In this document: piece after piece, positions 8,581 to 17,303 of the stretch | Numbering within the stretch: position 1 is the stretch's first letter | Layout: each line of letters opens with the position of its first letter | Source: Bacillota bacterium | Lineage (GTDB): Bacteria; Bacillota; Desulfotomaculia; Desulfotomaculales; Nap2-2B | NCBI GenBank assembly: GCA_040755215.1 | Contig: JBFMBG010000001.1 | Coordinates: forward strand, 41,157 to 105,156 | Direction: 5' to 3' | DNA: 64,000 nt | Notes under the pieces: model-generated | What the model was told of the DNA's origin: nothing | What the model saw: only the letters and a program-made list of their open reading frames with translations | Databases searched by the model: none | Position numbers and translations under genes: made by a program

Positions 8581-11205
8581 TTGCTTTTTCAGCTCGCGCC
8601 GCACTACGCAGCCGGCCTCGCAGTTGTAACCGGCTGGCTCAGTGCAAAAAACGCTTCCCAGGCGGGAGGAAAACAATGTCACAGCAAGAATATTATTAAT
8701 AGAAAACGTTGGGAGGGACAGGCCCTGGCTAATAAAGCCCATCAGCCTGATGCGCTGCCGGAAGAACCCGTAGCCACCCTATCGCCCGCATTGGTCGCCC
8801 GGGCGCAAAGGGTCCCCCTGGGGCAAGGTCAGGTGTACGCGCCGGAGGGGTCCCCGGGCCAGGTGCTTTTTCCGTTGGAGGGGCAACTCGAAGTCCTGTA
8901 CGGCTCCGCCACGGAAACAGGTGTGCCCGTAGCGCTGGTGTGGCCGGGCGAGTGTGTGGTGGAAACGGCCCTTCCCGCAGAGGAAGGCGTTGTTTACCGG
9001 GTGCGGGCCCGGACCGAGGCTGTGTTGTTGGCAGTGTCAGTGGCGGACCTGCGAGAGGTTCTCGCCCTTCCTGAGTGGTCCTGCTCTCTGTGGTCCGCGT
9101 TGGTCCGGCGGCTGCACGAGGTCCAGAAAAGGGCCGGCGAGGTCCGGCGCAAAGAGCAGGCTTACGGCCGTCTGCTCACCACCCGGCGAGAGGTAAGGCA
9201 CACGGACCTTGCCGGTCAGCATCCGGCAATTAAGCAGGTCCGGCAGGCTATCGCCACCCTTGCCTCCGACGACGGCCCCGTCTACCTGGTGGGTGAGAAA
9301 GGCACCGGCAAGGAACTGGTGGCCTGGCTCATTCACCGCCAGAGCGCCCGGCGCGACGGCCCCTTTGTGGTGGTGGAGTGCGGTGAACTGGTGGAGGACG
9401 AACTGGGGGAACGCCTCTTCGGGGCCCTCTACGGCCCGCCGACTTCCGGCGTCCCCTACCGTTTCGGCTATTTGGAACTGGCCGAGGGCGGCACTTTGCT
9501 CCTTAAGGACCTGGAACTGCTCCGCCCCCTGGTGCTGGTGCGGCTGGCCGCCTTTCTGGAAGACCGTTTCGTGGACGTCCGCCTCATGGCCACCTCGTGC
9601 GAGCCAGTCGAAGCGCAGACATTGGTAAAGGAACTGGACGCCGAAATCCTGACGAGCCTGCTCTCCTCTCCCCTCACGCTGCCCCCGCTGCGCGAGCGAA
9701 AGCGCGACCTGCCGTCCATCACCGCAACCATGCTGGAGCGCCTGGCCAGGAAGCACAATCGCCGGCCTCCCGTCCTCACCCGTGACGCCCAGGAGAAACT
9801 TTTGGCCCACGACTACCCACGTGCCAATGTAGCCGAACTGGATGAGATCCTTGAACGGGCCCTCCTGCTTACCGAAGAAGATACCATTACTGCCGAGCAC
9901 ATCTTCACTGGACGGGTGGCGGACACCTCGGGCGTCGCGCTGAACCTCCTCCAGTATCCCATCCTTGGCCGCGCCATAGCCCGGGGATGGTTCCCGCAAA
10001 TGCCCCAGGTGGTGCTGACTGTGGGACTCTGGCTGTTTATCGCCGCCGCCTTTATAGGGCAGGGTAATTTCATAGGTTCCGCTGTGCTGGTACTGGCCTG
10101 GTCCCTCGGCTGGCCGGGCTTGTTGCTGGCCGCATCCTTAGCCGGCCGTTTTACGTGCTCCATCTGCCCCTTCGCGGGGAGCGGACTGTTAACCCACCGG
10201 TTTACGCGTCCCTCCTGTTCCGTACCGCATTGGTTGAAAAAACACGATTTTCTGCTCATGGCAACTCTGTTTGCCGCAATTTTTTGGGTCGAGGAAATGA
10301 CCGACATGCGCCACTCCCCGGTAGCCACCGGGGTGCTACTCCTCGTCATCGCGTCGGGGGCCGTGGTTTTTGCCGTACTCTACCCGCGTCACGCCTGGTG
10401 CCGGTACGTTTGTCCGCTGGGCGGCATGGTCGGCGTTTTCGGCATAGTCGCGCCCCTCGAACTACGGCCTAATGTTGATGTGTGCCGGCACCGCTGCACC
10501 ACCTACAACTGCTACAAAGGGACCCAGGAGCGCGAAGGCTGCCCCCTGTTTCAGCACCTTTCCTTCATCGACAACAACATCGCCTGCAAGCTCTGCATGC
10601 GCTGCGTGCTCAACTGCCCCAACGAGGCCGTACGGCTGAACCTGCGACCCCCGGCCCGGGAGGTCTGGCGCACAGAACACGTAAACCGCGGTCTTGCCAT
10701 CCTGGTGCCGGTGCTGGCCGCGCTCCTGGTGCCCGTGGCCGCTTACGAGAGGTTCGGTATCGCCGTTGTGGCCGACCCGTGGCAGTTTTCGGGCCTGTAC
10801 TGGGGTGCCGTGCTCCTGGCCGGCGCCGCCGGCTGGGCCTTCCTGCGGCCCCGGCTGACCGGCGACGAAGGGCTGCCTGCGGTGAGGATGCTCTTTGCCC
10901 TGGTGCCGGTGGTGCTGGCGGCGCACATGGCCTACCAGCTCCAATTCGTTCCCTACGTCGGCCAGTTCAAGCTCTACCTGCACCGTCTTGTGCCGTACGG
11001 GCCGGAAAAACAGGTGGTGCTCGTGTCGCTTCTGGGCCTTCTCAGGGGCGCGGTCCTGGCCTTCGGCTTCCTCTTCTCCCTCGTCTGCCTTTACTTTACG
11101 CGCCAAAACACCCCTTCCGGCAGGCGGGGGTTCCTGCCCGCAATTTTCGGCCTGCTGGCCCTGACCTATGTCGCCGTGATGGGCCTCTTGCTGATCGAAA
11201 GGTGA
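8581..11205 (+). CDS. Multidomain membrane protein: cNMP-binding-like domain + sigma54-activator-like AAA+ domain + multi-TM 4Fe-4S domain
   Basis: GEKGTGKE Walker A, ELAEGGTL, PPLRER; Cys motifs CSICP, CRYVCP, CKLCMRCVLNCP; many TM helices; true start may be CTG at 8725 after GGGAGG. Confidence 0.8.
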   Translation: MLFQLAPHYAAGLAVVTGWLSAKNASQAGGKQCHSKNIINRKRWEGQALANKAHQPDALPEEPVATLSPALVARAQRVPLGQGQVYAPEGSPGQVLFPLEGQLEVLYGSATETGVPVALVWPGECVVETALPAEEGVVYRVRARTEAVLLAVSVADLREVLALPEWSCSLWSALVRRLHEVQKRAGEVRRKEQAYGRLLTTRREVRHTDLAGQHPAIKQVRQAIATLASDDGPVYLVGEKGTGKELVAWLIHRQSARRDGPFVVVECGELVEDELGERLFGALYGPPTSGVPYRFGYLELAEGGTLLLKDLELLRPLVLVRLAAFLEDRFVDVRLMATSCEPVEAQTLVKELDAEILTSLLSSPLTLPPLRERKRDLPSITATMLERLARKHNRRPPVLTRDAQEKLLAHDYPRANVAELDEILERALLLTEEDTITAEHIFTGRVADTSGVALNLLQYPILGRAIARGWFPQMPQVVLTVGLWLFIAAAFIGQGNFIGSAVLVLAWSLGWPGLLLAASLAGRFTCSICPFAGSGLLTHRFTRPSCSVPHWLKKHDFLLMATLFAAIFWVEEMTDMRHSPVATGVLLLVIASGAVVFAVLYPRHAWCRYVCPLGGMVGVFGIVAPLELRPNVDVCRHRCTTYNCYKGTQEREGCPLFQHLSFIDNNIACKLCMRCVLNCPNEAVRLNLRPPAREVWRTEHVNRGLAILVPVLAALLVPVAAYERFGIAVVADPWQFSGLYWGAVLLAGAAGWAFLRPRLTGDEGLPAVRMLFALVPVVLAAHMAYQLQFVPYVGQFKLYLHRLVPYGPEKQVVLVSLLGLLRGAVLAFGFLFSLVCLYFTRQNTPSGRRGFLPAIFGLLALTYVAVMGLLLIER

Positions 11206-11212
11206 ACCGTAC

Positions 11213-13255
11213 GTGGACCTTGCGAGCAAGTTTTTCCGCACCGAGTGGCGACAATCCGCCTGGGGTCTGCTGGGGGTTCTGATGCTGGGTATCCCCATTT
11301 ACCTGACCGTGTTTCCCGAAGGCCCGGGTGCCTTTGCCCACCTCCTCACGGGCCTGCTGGGGGGGCTGATCCTGGCGACCCTCGCCGACCGCTACCTCAT
11401 CTGGCGCTGGGTGCGCCGGTGCTGCCCTACAGGAACCGGCAGCACGGAAGTTGTCCGCCCCGAAAACATCTCCAGGACGCCCGTAGTGTTCCACCGGCGC
11501 GTCCTGGTAGCGCACACTTTGTTGGTGGCGGTCATTCCCGGCGCGGTCATGCTCGGCCGTGTAACCGGCCCCCACGTTTTTGACTGGCGCGAACCGTTCG
11601 TTTTTGCCGCCATCAACGGTTATCTGTGTGCCACGCACGCACTTATCAAACTGTTTCTGGCGGAACGGCTGGTCCAACAACTCTTTCTCCCCGTCTTCGC
11701 GAACCTCCCTTTCTCGCCAGACCTCGGCCGATACGCCCGCGCCGGTCTCATGCGCAAGCTTCTGAGCGTTTTTTTCCTGCTCGGCATATTGCCGCTGGTC
11801 CTGATTGCCGGGGTGAGCTGGTACCGGCTGGGAGTAGCGGACCGGGCCCAGGCGGGGACGTGGCTGGCCTCGGAGGCCCGTGCTCTCGCCGCAGCGGGAA
11901 ATCCCGTCCTCCGGAGTAAGGACTACGCATCCTTGCGCTACCTGGCGGAGGTATCCAGGCAGCACATCATGGTGTTGGACCGGGAAGGCAAGGTTCTCTT
12001 TTCCGGCGGGTCGCCGCCGGCCCCGGACACCCACCTGCTCGTGGAGGAGGCGCGCGGGGCATCCTCCGGATGGTCGTACCGCGAAAAGAGCGGCACCATC
12101 TACGGTTACGCCTGGAATCCGGAAGGAGACCTGCTGGTGGTCCGGGCCATTCACAGCCGGGAGGGGCCGCAAAGCATGGCCCAGATCCAGTGGGTGATCC
12201 TGGCTCTGGCCGCCACGGGGATGCTCAACGCCGCGGCCGCGGGCTACCTCGCCTCCAGCTACATGTCCACCTCGGTCCGACTCCTGACGGAGGGAATGCA
12301 AAGGGTTCACGAAGGCGACCTCACGGTTCGGGTGGTGCACACCGGAAGCGACGAGTTCGCGCTGCTCGCCTCCGGGTTCAATGCCATGGTGGCCGGACTC
12401 GCCCAAAGGGAGAGCGCCCTCCGCGAACTAACGGAACAACTGGAAGAAAGGGTTCGGGCGCGCACGCGGGAACTTGAGGATGCCTACCTCCGCCTGAAGG
12501 AGGCCCAAGACACCCTGGAGGCCGAACTGCACCTCGCCCGGGCTGTCCAGCAACGCCTCCTGCCCGACGCCCCGCCGAGCCTGCCCGGCTACACCATTCA
12601 CTCCTGGGCTGCTCCCGCCCGCGAGGTGGGCGGGGATCTTTACGATTTCCTGCTTCTGGAAGGCGGCGCCCTGGGCGTAGCGGTGGGGGACGTGGCCGGC
12701 AAGAGCGTGCCGGCTGCACTGGTCATGTCGCTGACCCAGGGTTTGCTGCACTACGGCGCCGCCCGCCGGTCCTCGCCCGGCCAACTCCTCACCCACGTCA
12801 ACCGGCTCCTGACCCCGGTAATGCCCCGGGGGATGTTCGTGACCATGACATACCTGGTGCTCGATCCCAGGGGGCGGTCCTGCCGCCTGGCCAGTGCCGG
12901 CGGACTCAGCCCCCTCCTGATACGGCCTGCGACCGGCGACCTGGCCTACCTCGAGGTGCCCGGCTTCCCCCTGGGTACCCTGGGGGACCTGACCTACCAG
13001 GACCGGGAATTCCCCCTGGAGTCGAGGGACATACTTCTGCTGTACAGCGACGGCCTGGTCGAGGCGGTCAACGAGCGGGGCGAGTTTTTTGGGTTTGGCC
13101 GCCTGGAAGAGTTTGCCAGGCGTGCCCCGCCGGCGGCAGACCTCTTCCTGGCCTGGTTGCTTGAGGAAATCGGCGCATTCACCGGTGGCGCAACCCAGTA
13201 CGACGACATCACCCTGGTCGTAATTCAGCGGCGTGACGAGGAGGAAAAGAGATGA
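11213..13255 (+). CDS. Membrane-bound HAMP + PP2C (SpoIIE/RsbU-family) serine phosphatase
   Basis: TM helices, HAMP (DEFALLASGFNAM), coiled coil, VGGDLYD, GDVAGK, YSDGLVE, DDIT. Confidence 0.9.
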   Translation: MDLASKFFRTEWRQSAWGLLGVLMLGIPIYLTVFPEGPGAFAHLLTGLLGGLILATLADRYLIWRWVRRCCPTGTGSTEVVRPENISRTPVVFHRRVLVAHTLLVAVIPGAVMLGRVTGPHVFDWREPFVFAAINGYLCATHALIKLFLAERLVQQLFLPVFANLPFSPDLGRYARAGLMRKLLSVFFLLGILPLVLIAGVSWYRLGVADRAQAGTWLASEARALAAAGNPVLRSKDYASLRYLAEVSRQHIMVLDREGKVLFSGGSPPAPDTHLLVEEARGASSGWSYREKSGTIYGYAWNPEGDLLVVRAIHSREGPQSMAQIQWVILALAATGMLNAAAAGYLASSYMSTSVRLLTEGMQRVHEGDLTVRVVHTGSDEFALLASGFNAMVAGLAQRESALRELTEQLEERVRARTRELEDAYLRLKEAQDTLEAELHLARAVQQRLLPDAPPSLPGYTIHSWAAPAREVGGDLYDFLLLEGGALGVAVGDVAGKSVPAALVMSLTQGLLHYGAARRSSPGQLLTHVNRLLTPVMPRGMFVTMTYLVLDPRGRSCRLASAGGLSPLLIRPATGDLAYLEVPGFPLGTLGDLTYQDREFPLESRDILLLYSDGLVEAVNERGEFFGFGRLEEFARRAPPAADLFLAWLLEEIGAFTGGATQYDDITLVVIQRRDEEEKR

Positions 13256-13713
13256 AAAGGTGGCCGGCGGGAACCATGCGCATTGTGATCCCGAGCAGCG
13301 AGGGATACGAAAAGACAGTGGCGGCAGCCGTCAGGGTGTTCGCGGTAGGCACGGGGCTGTCCGAAACGCGAGCCGAAGACCTGGGCACTGCCGTGAGCGA
13401 AGCGTGCTTGAACGCCATCGAGCACGGCAACCGCGGGCTGGCGGACGCGGCCGTGGTCGTCACCGTGACGCACCACCGGAATGAATTGCTGGTGGAGGTG
13501 CGCGATTGCGGCCGTTCACGCCTGGAACCCGACGCGGCGCTGACGCGGCCGGACCTGGCGGAGCGGGTTGCCGGGCGCGTGCCGCCCCGTGGGTGGGGCA
13601 TTTATCTTATGCGCCAGCTGGTGGATGCCGTGGAATTCGTAGCCGCACCACGCCACAACCTCACGAGACTGACCGTCTACCTGTCGTCACGAAAGGAGCG
13701 GGAACATGACTGA
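13252..13713 (+). CDS. Anti-sigma factor serine kinase (RsbW/SpoIIAB family)
   Basis: AVSEACLNAIEHG N-box, DxG, RGWGIYLM G-box; ATGA overlap with the phosphatase gene. Confidence 0.9.
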   Translation: MKRWPAGTMRIVIPSSEGYEKTVAAAVRVFAVGTGLSETRAEDLGTAVSEACLNAIEHGNRGLADAAVVVTVTHHRNELLVEVRDCGRSRLEPDAALTRPDLAERVAGRVPPRGWGIYLMRQLVDAVEFVAAPRHNLTRLTVYLSSRKEREHD

Positions 13714-14047
13714 AGAACTCACTGTTGTTTCGCGGCGGGAAGGAGACGCCGTGGTCTTCGACCTGGCCGGGGATCTTACCAAAAAGGCCGAGATGGCGGT
13801 TATAGAAGCTTACCAGCGGGCCACCGTTCAAGGTGCAAGGCGACTCCTTTTCAACTTCCGCGCCGTCAAGTACATCAACAGCTCGGGCATCGCCGTTCTT
13901 ATAGCCGTCATTGCCGAGGCCCGCAAGAGAGACCAGGAGGTCGGCGGTTTTGGCCTTTCGGCGCACTACACCCGAATCTTCGAAATGACAGGCCTCCCGC
14001 AGTATATGACGCTGTACGAAGACGAAGGGCGGGCCCTCTCGAAGTGA
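13706..14047 (+). CDS. STAS anti-sigma factor antagonist (RsbV/SpoIIAA family)
   Basis: 113 aa; YINSSG phospho-acceptor motif; IFEMTGL. Confidence 0.9.
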   Translation: MTEELTVVSRREGDAVVFDLAGDLTKKAEMAVIEAYQRATVQGARRLLFNFRAVKYINSSGIAVLIAVIAEARKRDQEVGGFGLSAHYTRIFEMTGLPQYMTLYEDEGRALSK

Positions 14048-14970
14048 GCGGGTCCGTGCCGCCCTCCGTAGATCACGTCCTACCGCCGGACTTTGATTGC
14101 CGCAGCCGTTTCCTGCAGGCGGCGGGACTGCGCTGGCATTACGTAGACGAGGGTCCGGGCGAAACATTGCTGATGCTCCACGGCAACCCGACCTGGTCCT
14201 ATCTTTACCGGCACCTCATCGCGGGCCTGAGGGACGCCTACCGGTGCGTGGCTCCGGACCTACCGGGGTTCGGCCTTTCGGAAAAACCGCCAGGGGCCGA
14301 CTATGACCTTCGGGTCCAAGCGCAACGCCTGGCCGCCTTTGTAGACGCCTTGGGGCTTAAAAGGGTAAGCCTCATCCTCCACGATATTGGCGGCATCGTG
14401 GGCCTGCACTGGGCCGCACACCACAAGGCGAGGGTGCGGCGTCTGATAATACTTAACACGCGCGCCGCCGTACCCACGGTCTGGAATCCGGGCGCCCGCT
14501 ACCGCGCCCCCTGGTCCTACCTGGCCCTGTGGCTGCTCCGCCTGCCCGGCCTCGGCGAGCTTCTGGTGCAGGGACTGGACTCCCTCCAAAGGGTTGTGAT
14601 GCCCCTGGCCTTCGTGGACCGCCGCCGCTTTTCCCGGACCGCACGGGCGGGTTTCGGGTTCCCCTACCGCGGGTGGGCCGCGCGGTGTGCCCAGCTGGCA
14701 ACTGTGCGCCAGATTCCCATCTGGAAGTCCGATCCGGTGTACCGGCTTCTGGAGGAGACCGGACGCCTCCTGGAAGGCTGGCGGGTGCCGGTCCAGGTAA
14801 TCTGGGGGCTGCGGGACCCTTCCTTCCCTCCCCCTTTAATTGACGAAATGGAGCGCCTCTTCCCCAATCACCTCGCGACGGTCCGTCTGCCCGGGGCCGG
14901 TCACTTCCTGACCGAAGAGGAGCCGGAATCCGTTCTGGCCGCGGTCATGTATTTCCTCTCACGGACCTGA
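14044..14970 (+). CDS. Alpha/beta hydrolase, haloalkane dehalogenase/epoxide hydrolase-like
   Basis: HGNPTWS, PDLPGFGLS, nucleophile elbow HDIGG, WGLRD, AGHFLTEE; GTGA overlap with the STAS gene. Confidence 0.88.
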   Translation: MSGSVPPSVDHVLPPDFDCRSRFLQAAGLRWHYVDEGPGETLLMLHGNPTWSYLYRHLIAGLRDAYRCVAPDLPGFGLSEKPPGADYDLRVQAQRLAAFVDALGLKRVSLILHDIGGIVGLHWAAHHKARVRRLIILNTRAAVPTVWNPGARYRAPWSYLALWLLRLPGLGELLVQGLDSLQRVVMPLAFVDRRRFSRTARAGFGFPYRGWAARCAQLATVRQIPIWKSDPVYRLLEETGRLLEGWRVPVQVIWGLRDPSFPPPLIDEMERLFPNHLATVRLPGAGHFLTEEEPESVLAAVMYFLSRT

Positions 14971-15032
14971 CTATCTGCAAGGAACTAATGTGCCCGGAGG
15001 GAGCATCCAATTTAAAGACCAACCCCTTTGAT

Positions 15033-15064
15033 TAAAAAAGGGCCGCCGATAAAACAGCGGCCCT
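15033..15064. terminator. Hairpin downstream of the signalling operon
   Basis: AGGGCCGC...GCGGCCCT stem preceded by an A-run (U-run on the minus strand). Confidence 0.55.
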
Positions 15065-15373
15065 GGCAAAACGAAAACTCCAACCCAGATTAATTATCCC
15101 TCCCCTGCAGCACCACGAACCAGTCGCTGTAAATGCTTCCCTCCGTAACCACCACTCCGTCCGCGTAGGGCGGGGCGTTCAACTGTGCAGCCCCCGCTGC
15201 CCCGCTCCCGGATAGCTGCATCTGCACAACCAGAACTTCACTTCGCTGCCGGCGACGATTATCTTCCCGTTCGGCAGACAAGGCAACATAGGCGCACAGG
15301 GTAAACGCGGAACTGATAAACAGCTGGATGACCAGTGTTTTCGTCGGAGAACGGGGCAAGGGGATCACCTCCA

Positions 15374-15404
15374 CAAAAAAGAGAAGCCCCGGTTAATCGG
15401 GGCG
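15374..15404 (-). terminator. Intrinsic terminator (minus strand) among gene remnants
   Basis: GCCCCG-attaac-CGGGGC followed by TTCTCTTTTTT on the minus strand. Confidence 0.6.
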
Positions 15405-15744
15405 AAAGTTTCTTGCAACCGCAGGGTAATCGCGAACCAAAAACTCCGTAACTGTAAGCCAGCTCCGGCACCGGCAATTAACGCCGCGCTGGCATCCTTA
15501 AAATACAATCACGCCTTAATGATAAAAACTCTTTCCTGTTATCAGAATACCTGTGCGTGAATGTAAGGCAACCTATCCCGCGCCACGAAGCACATACACC
15601 GTAGCAACGTTGGCCCCGCTTACTAAACTGGTGATGTTTATTGTGTAGCCACCGGCCGACGTAGTTCATGCTCCAGCGGGCGTTGCCCGTGTTTGCCGTT
15701 CTTGGAATGATAACTCTTAAGGCAAATGATCAGTTCCTTTCCAG

Positions 15745-15772
15745 TTGACCTTCATAACATTTCAGATATAAT
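15745..15772 (+). promoter_or_regulatory. SigA-type promoter of hicAB
   Basis: TTGACC-N16-TATAAT. Confidence 0.6.
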
Positions 15773-15815
15773 TGAAAGTAGTAATATCAAATACGCTATC
15801 AAGGCATGGTTCCGA

Positions 15816-16064
15816 TTGAGCAGCCTTAAGAAGCTTTTGGAAAAAATTAAATGCAATCCAAAAACCGTGAAGTTCGACGAGCTGGACTTGGTGCTCCGAC
15901 GGGCGGGGTTCGTCCGAAGCCAACCCCGCGGCGGTTCCAGCCATTACGTTTACCGGAAGGGCAAACACAAACTGGTGGTTCCCCGGCGGCAACCGTACAT
16001 CTTGCAAGCCTACGTTGTCAGGGCGATTAAGCTCCTGGAGGAGGTCGAAGCCGATGAAGAATAA
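15816..16064 (+). CDS. hicA: HicA-family toxin
   Basis: About 82 aa, basic, GSSH motif, overlaps hicB. Confidence 0.85.
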   Translation: MSSLKKLLEKIKCNPKTVKFDELDLVLRRAGFVRSQPRGGSSHYVYRKGKHKLVVPRRQPYILQAYVVRAIKLLEEVEADEE

Positions 16065-16431
16065 GAACGTTGAATATTACCTTGGTCTCCCCTACCGCGT
16101 GGTCATCCACCCTTCTCCCGAAGGTGGCTACGCTGTGGAAATACCCGAATTGCCGGGCTGCCTTTCCCAGGGAGAGACACTGCAAGAGGCCCTGGAGATG
16201 ATCGAGGACGCAAAGCTCTGCTGGATATCCGACGCCCTGGAAAGGGGCGAAGAAGTACCCGAACCCGTGGACGAAGCCTACAGCGGGCGCATTTTAGTGC
16301 GGGCTCCCAAATCGCTCCACCGCGCCCTGGCCGAAAGGGCGCGGGAGGAAGGGGTCAGCTTAAACCAGTTCATTGTCTACCAGCTTTCCAGGGCGTTGGG
16401 AAAAAGGGAAGTGGAGGCTTCGAGAAGTTAG
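16054..16431 (+). CDS. hicB: HicB-family antitoxin with C-terminal RHH
   Basis: IPELPGCLSQGET..EAL, PEP, YSGRILVR.PKSLH, EGVSLNQ. Confidence 0.92.
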   Translation: MKNKNVEYYLGLPYRVVIHPSPEGGYAVEIPELPGCLSQGETLQEALEMIEDAKLCWISDALERGEEVPEPVDEAYSGRILVRAPKSLHRALAERAREEGVSLNQFIVYQLSRALGKREVEASRS

Positions 16432-16479
16432 ATTTGCTATAAATATTGGAATGTCAAGAGCCAAGTCAAAGTCTCTGTT

Positions 16480-16536
16480 CCCGAAATAAGAAAAGCGGAA
16501 AAGGTGCTGCGTGAATACCTGAAAGCAAAGGGGTAG
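16480..16536 (+). pseudogene. C-terminal remnant of a RelE/HigB-like toxin
   Basis: EIRKAEKVLREYLKAKG-stop directly before an XRE HTH gene; very short. Confidence 0.35.
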
Positions 16537-16541
16537 AAAAA

Positions 16542-16994
16542 ATGGTATTCTTTGACATGAACAGTTTCGCTGAAAAACTAAAGGGAAAGCCGGAGATAAT
16601 TAAAGAGCTGATCAAAAACGAGCCGCAGTACCAAATCGCCAGGGCGATCATCGCCGAACTGATCAAGCGCGGGTGGAGCCAGGAGAAATTAGCGAAAGAA
16701 TCCGGCCTGACCCAAACGCAGGTGTCCCGGCTTGAAAACGGCCAGGTGGGTAACGTCGCTACGCTTTTGAAAGCGCTGGCTTTTCAAGCCTCTTCGTGCT
16801 TTCGTAAACGAATTACTTTTTTTCTTAAGGGAGTTTTTTCCACAACAAGGATTATTTCGCCCACACTACTATATCTACACGAGTCCATGCAGCACACATT
16901 TTACCTTCCTCGTTTTTTAACTCAACAATTAATTCTCGCGGGTCGGCGAAGCTATACCTTAAACATTTTCCGGAAATCTCTCTCCCGTCTTTAA
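16542..16994 (+). CDS. XRE-family HTH protein (HigA-like); genuine part ends near 16785, tail probably read-through
   Basis: GWSQEKLAKESGLTQTQVSRLENG helix-turn-helix. Confidence 0.65.
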   Translation: MVFFDMNSFAEKLKGKPEIIKELIKNEPQYQIARAIIAELIKRGWSQEKLAKESGLTQTQVSRLENGQVGNVATLLKALAFQASSCFRKRITFFLKGVFSTTRIISPTLLYLHESMQHTFYLPRFLTQQLILAGRRSYTLNIFRKSLSRL

Positions 16995-17240
16995 ACCTTA
17001 CCTACCCACCACAATCCGCTGGCCGCTGGGAGCATAGAACTCTTTGGTAGTGTTAACCATGTCCCTCCAGCTCTTCTTCTGCCGGACGTAGCTCATCACC
17101 TGGCTTGTGAACTCAGATCCGAACTTGCTGGCCAGGATCGCTTCGGCCTGATCGTAAGCCTCCCAGGAGCCCTTATAGTCAGGGGACATGATGAGGAGGT
17201 CGAGGCGGCGGGCCGGGCCAACAAATTTTCGAAAAACCTA

Positions 17241-17288
17241 TTGATTTATTACAACATCAGTAATAAAATATTACCAATACAGTAACAT
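17241..17288 (+). promoter_or_regulatory. SigA promoter overlapped by two TTAC-N7-GTAA inverted repeats
   Basis: TTGATT-N17-TAAAAT; TTTATTAC-N7-GTAATAAA (17245-17267) and ATATTAC-N7-GTAACAT (17268-17288). Confidence 0.65.
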
Positions 17289-17303
17289 TAGGAGGCGGTT
17301 CAT

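Noticed and set aside
8581..11205. Annotation as a functional sigma54 transcriptional activator
   Set aside because: Lacks GAFTGA, a canonical Walker B and a DNA-binding HTH
15090..15700. Phage tail gene call for the short minus-strand ORFs
   Set aside because: Fragments are too short and broken to assign
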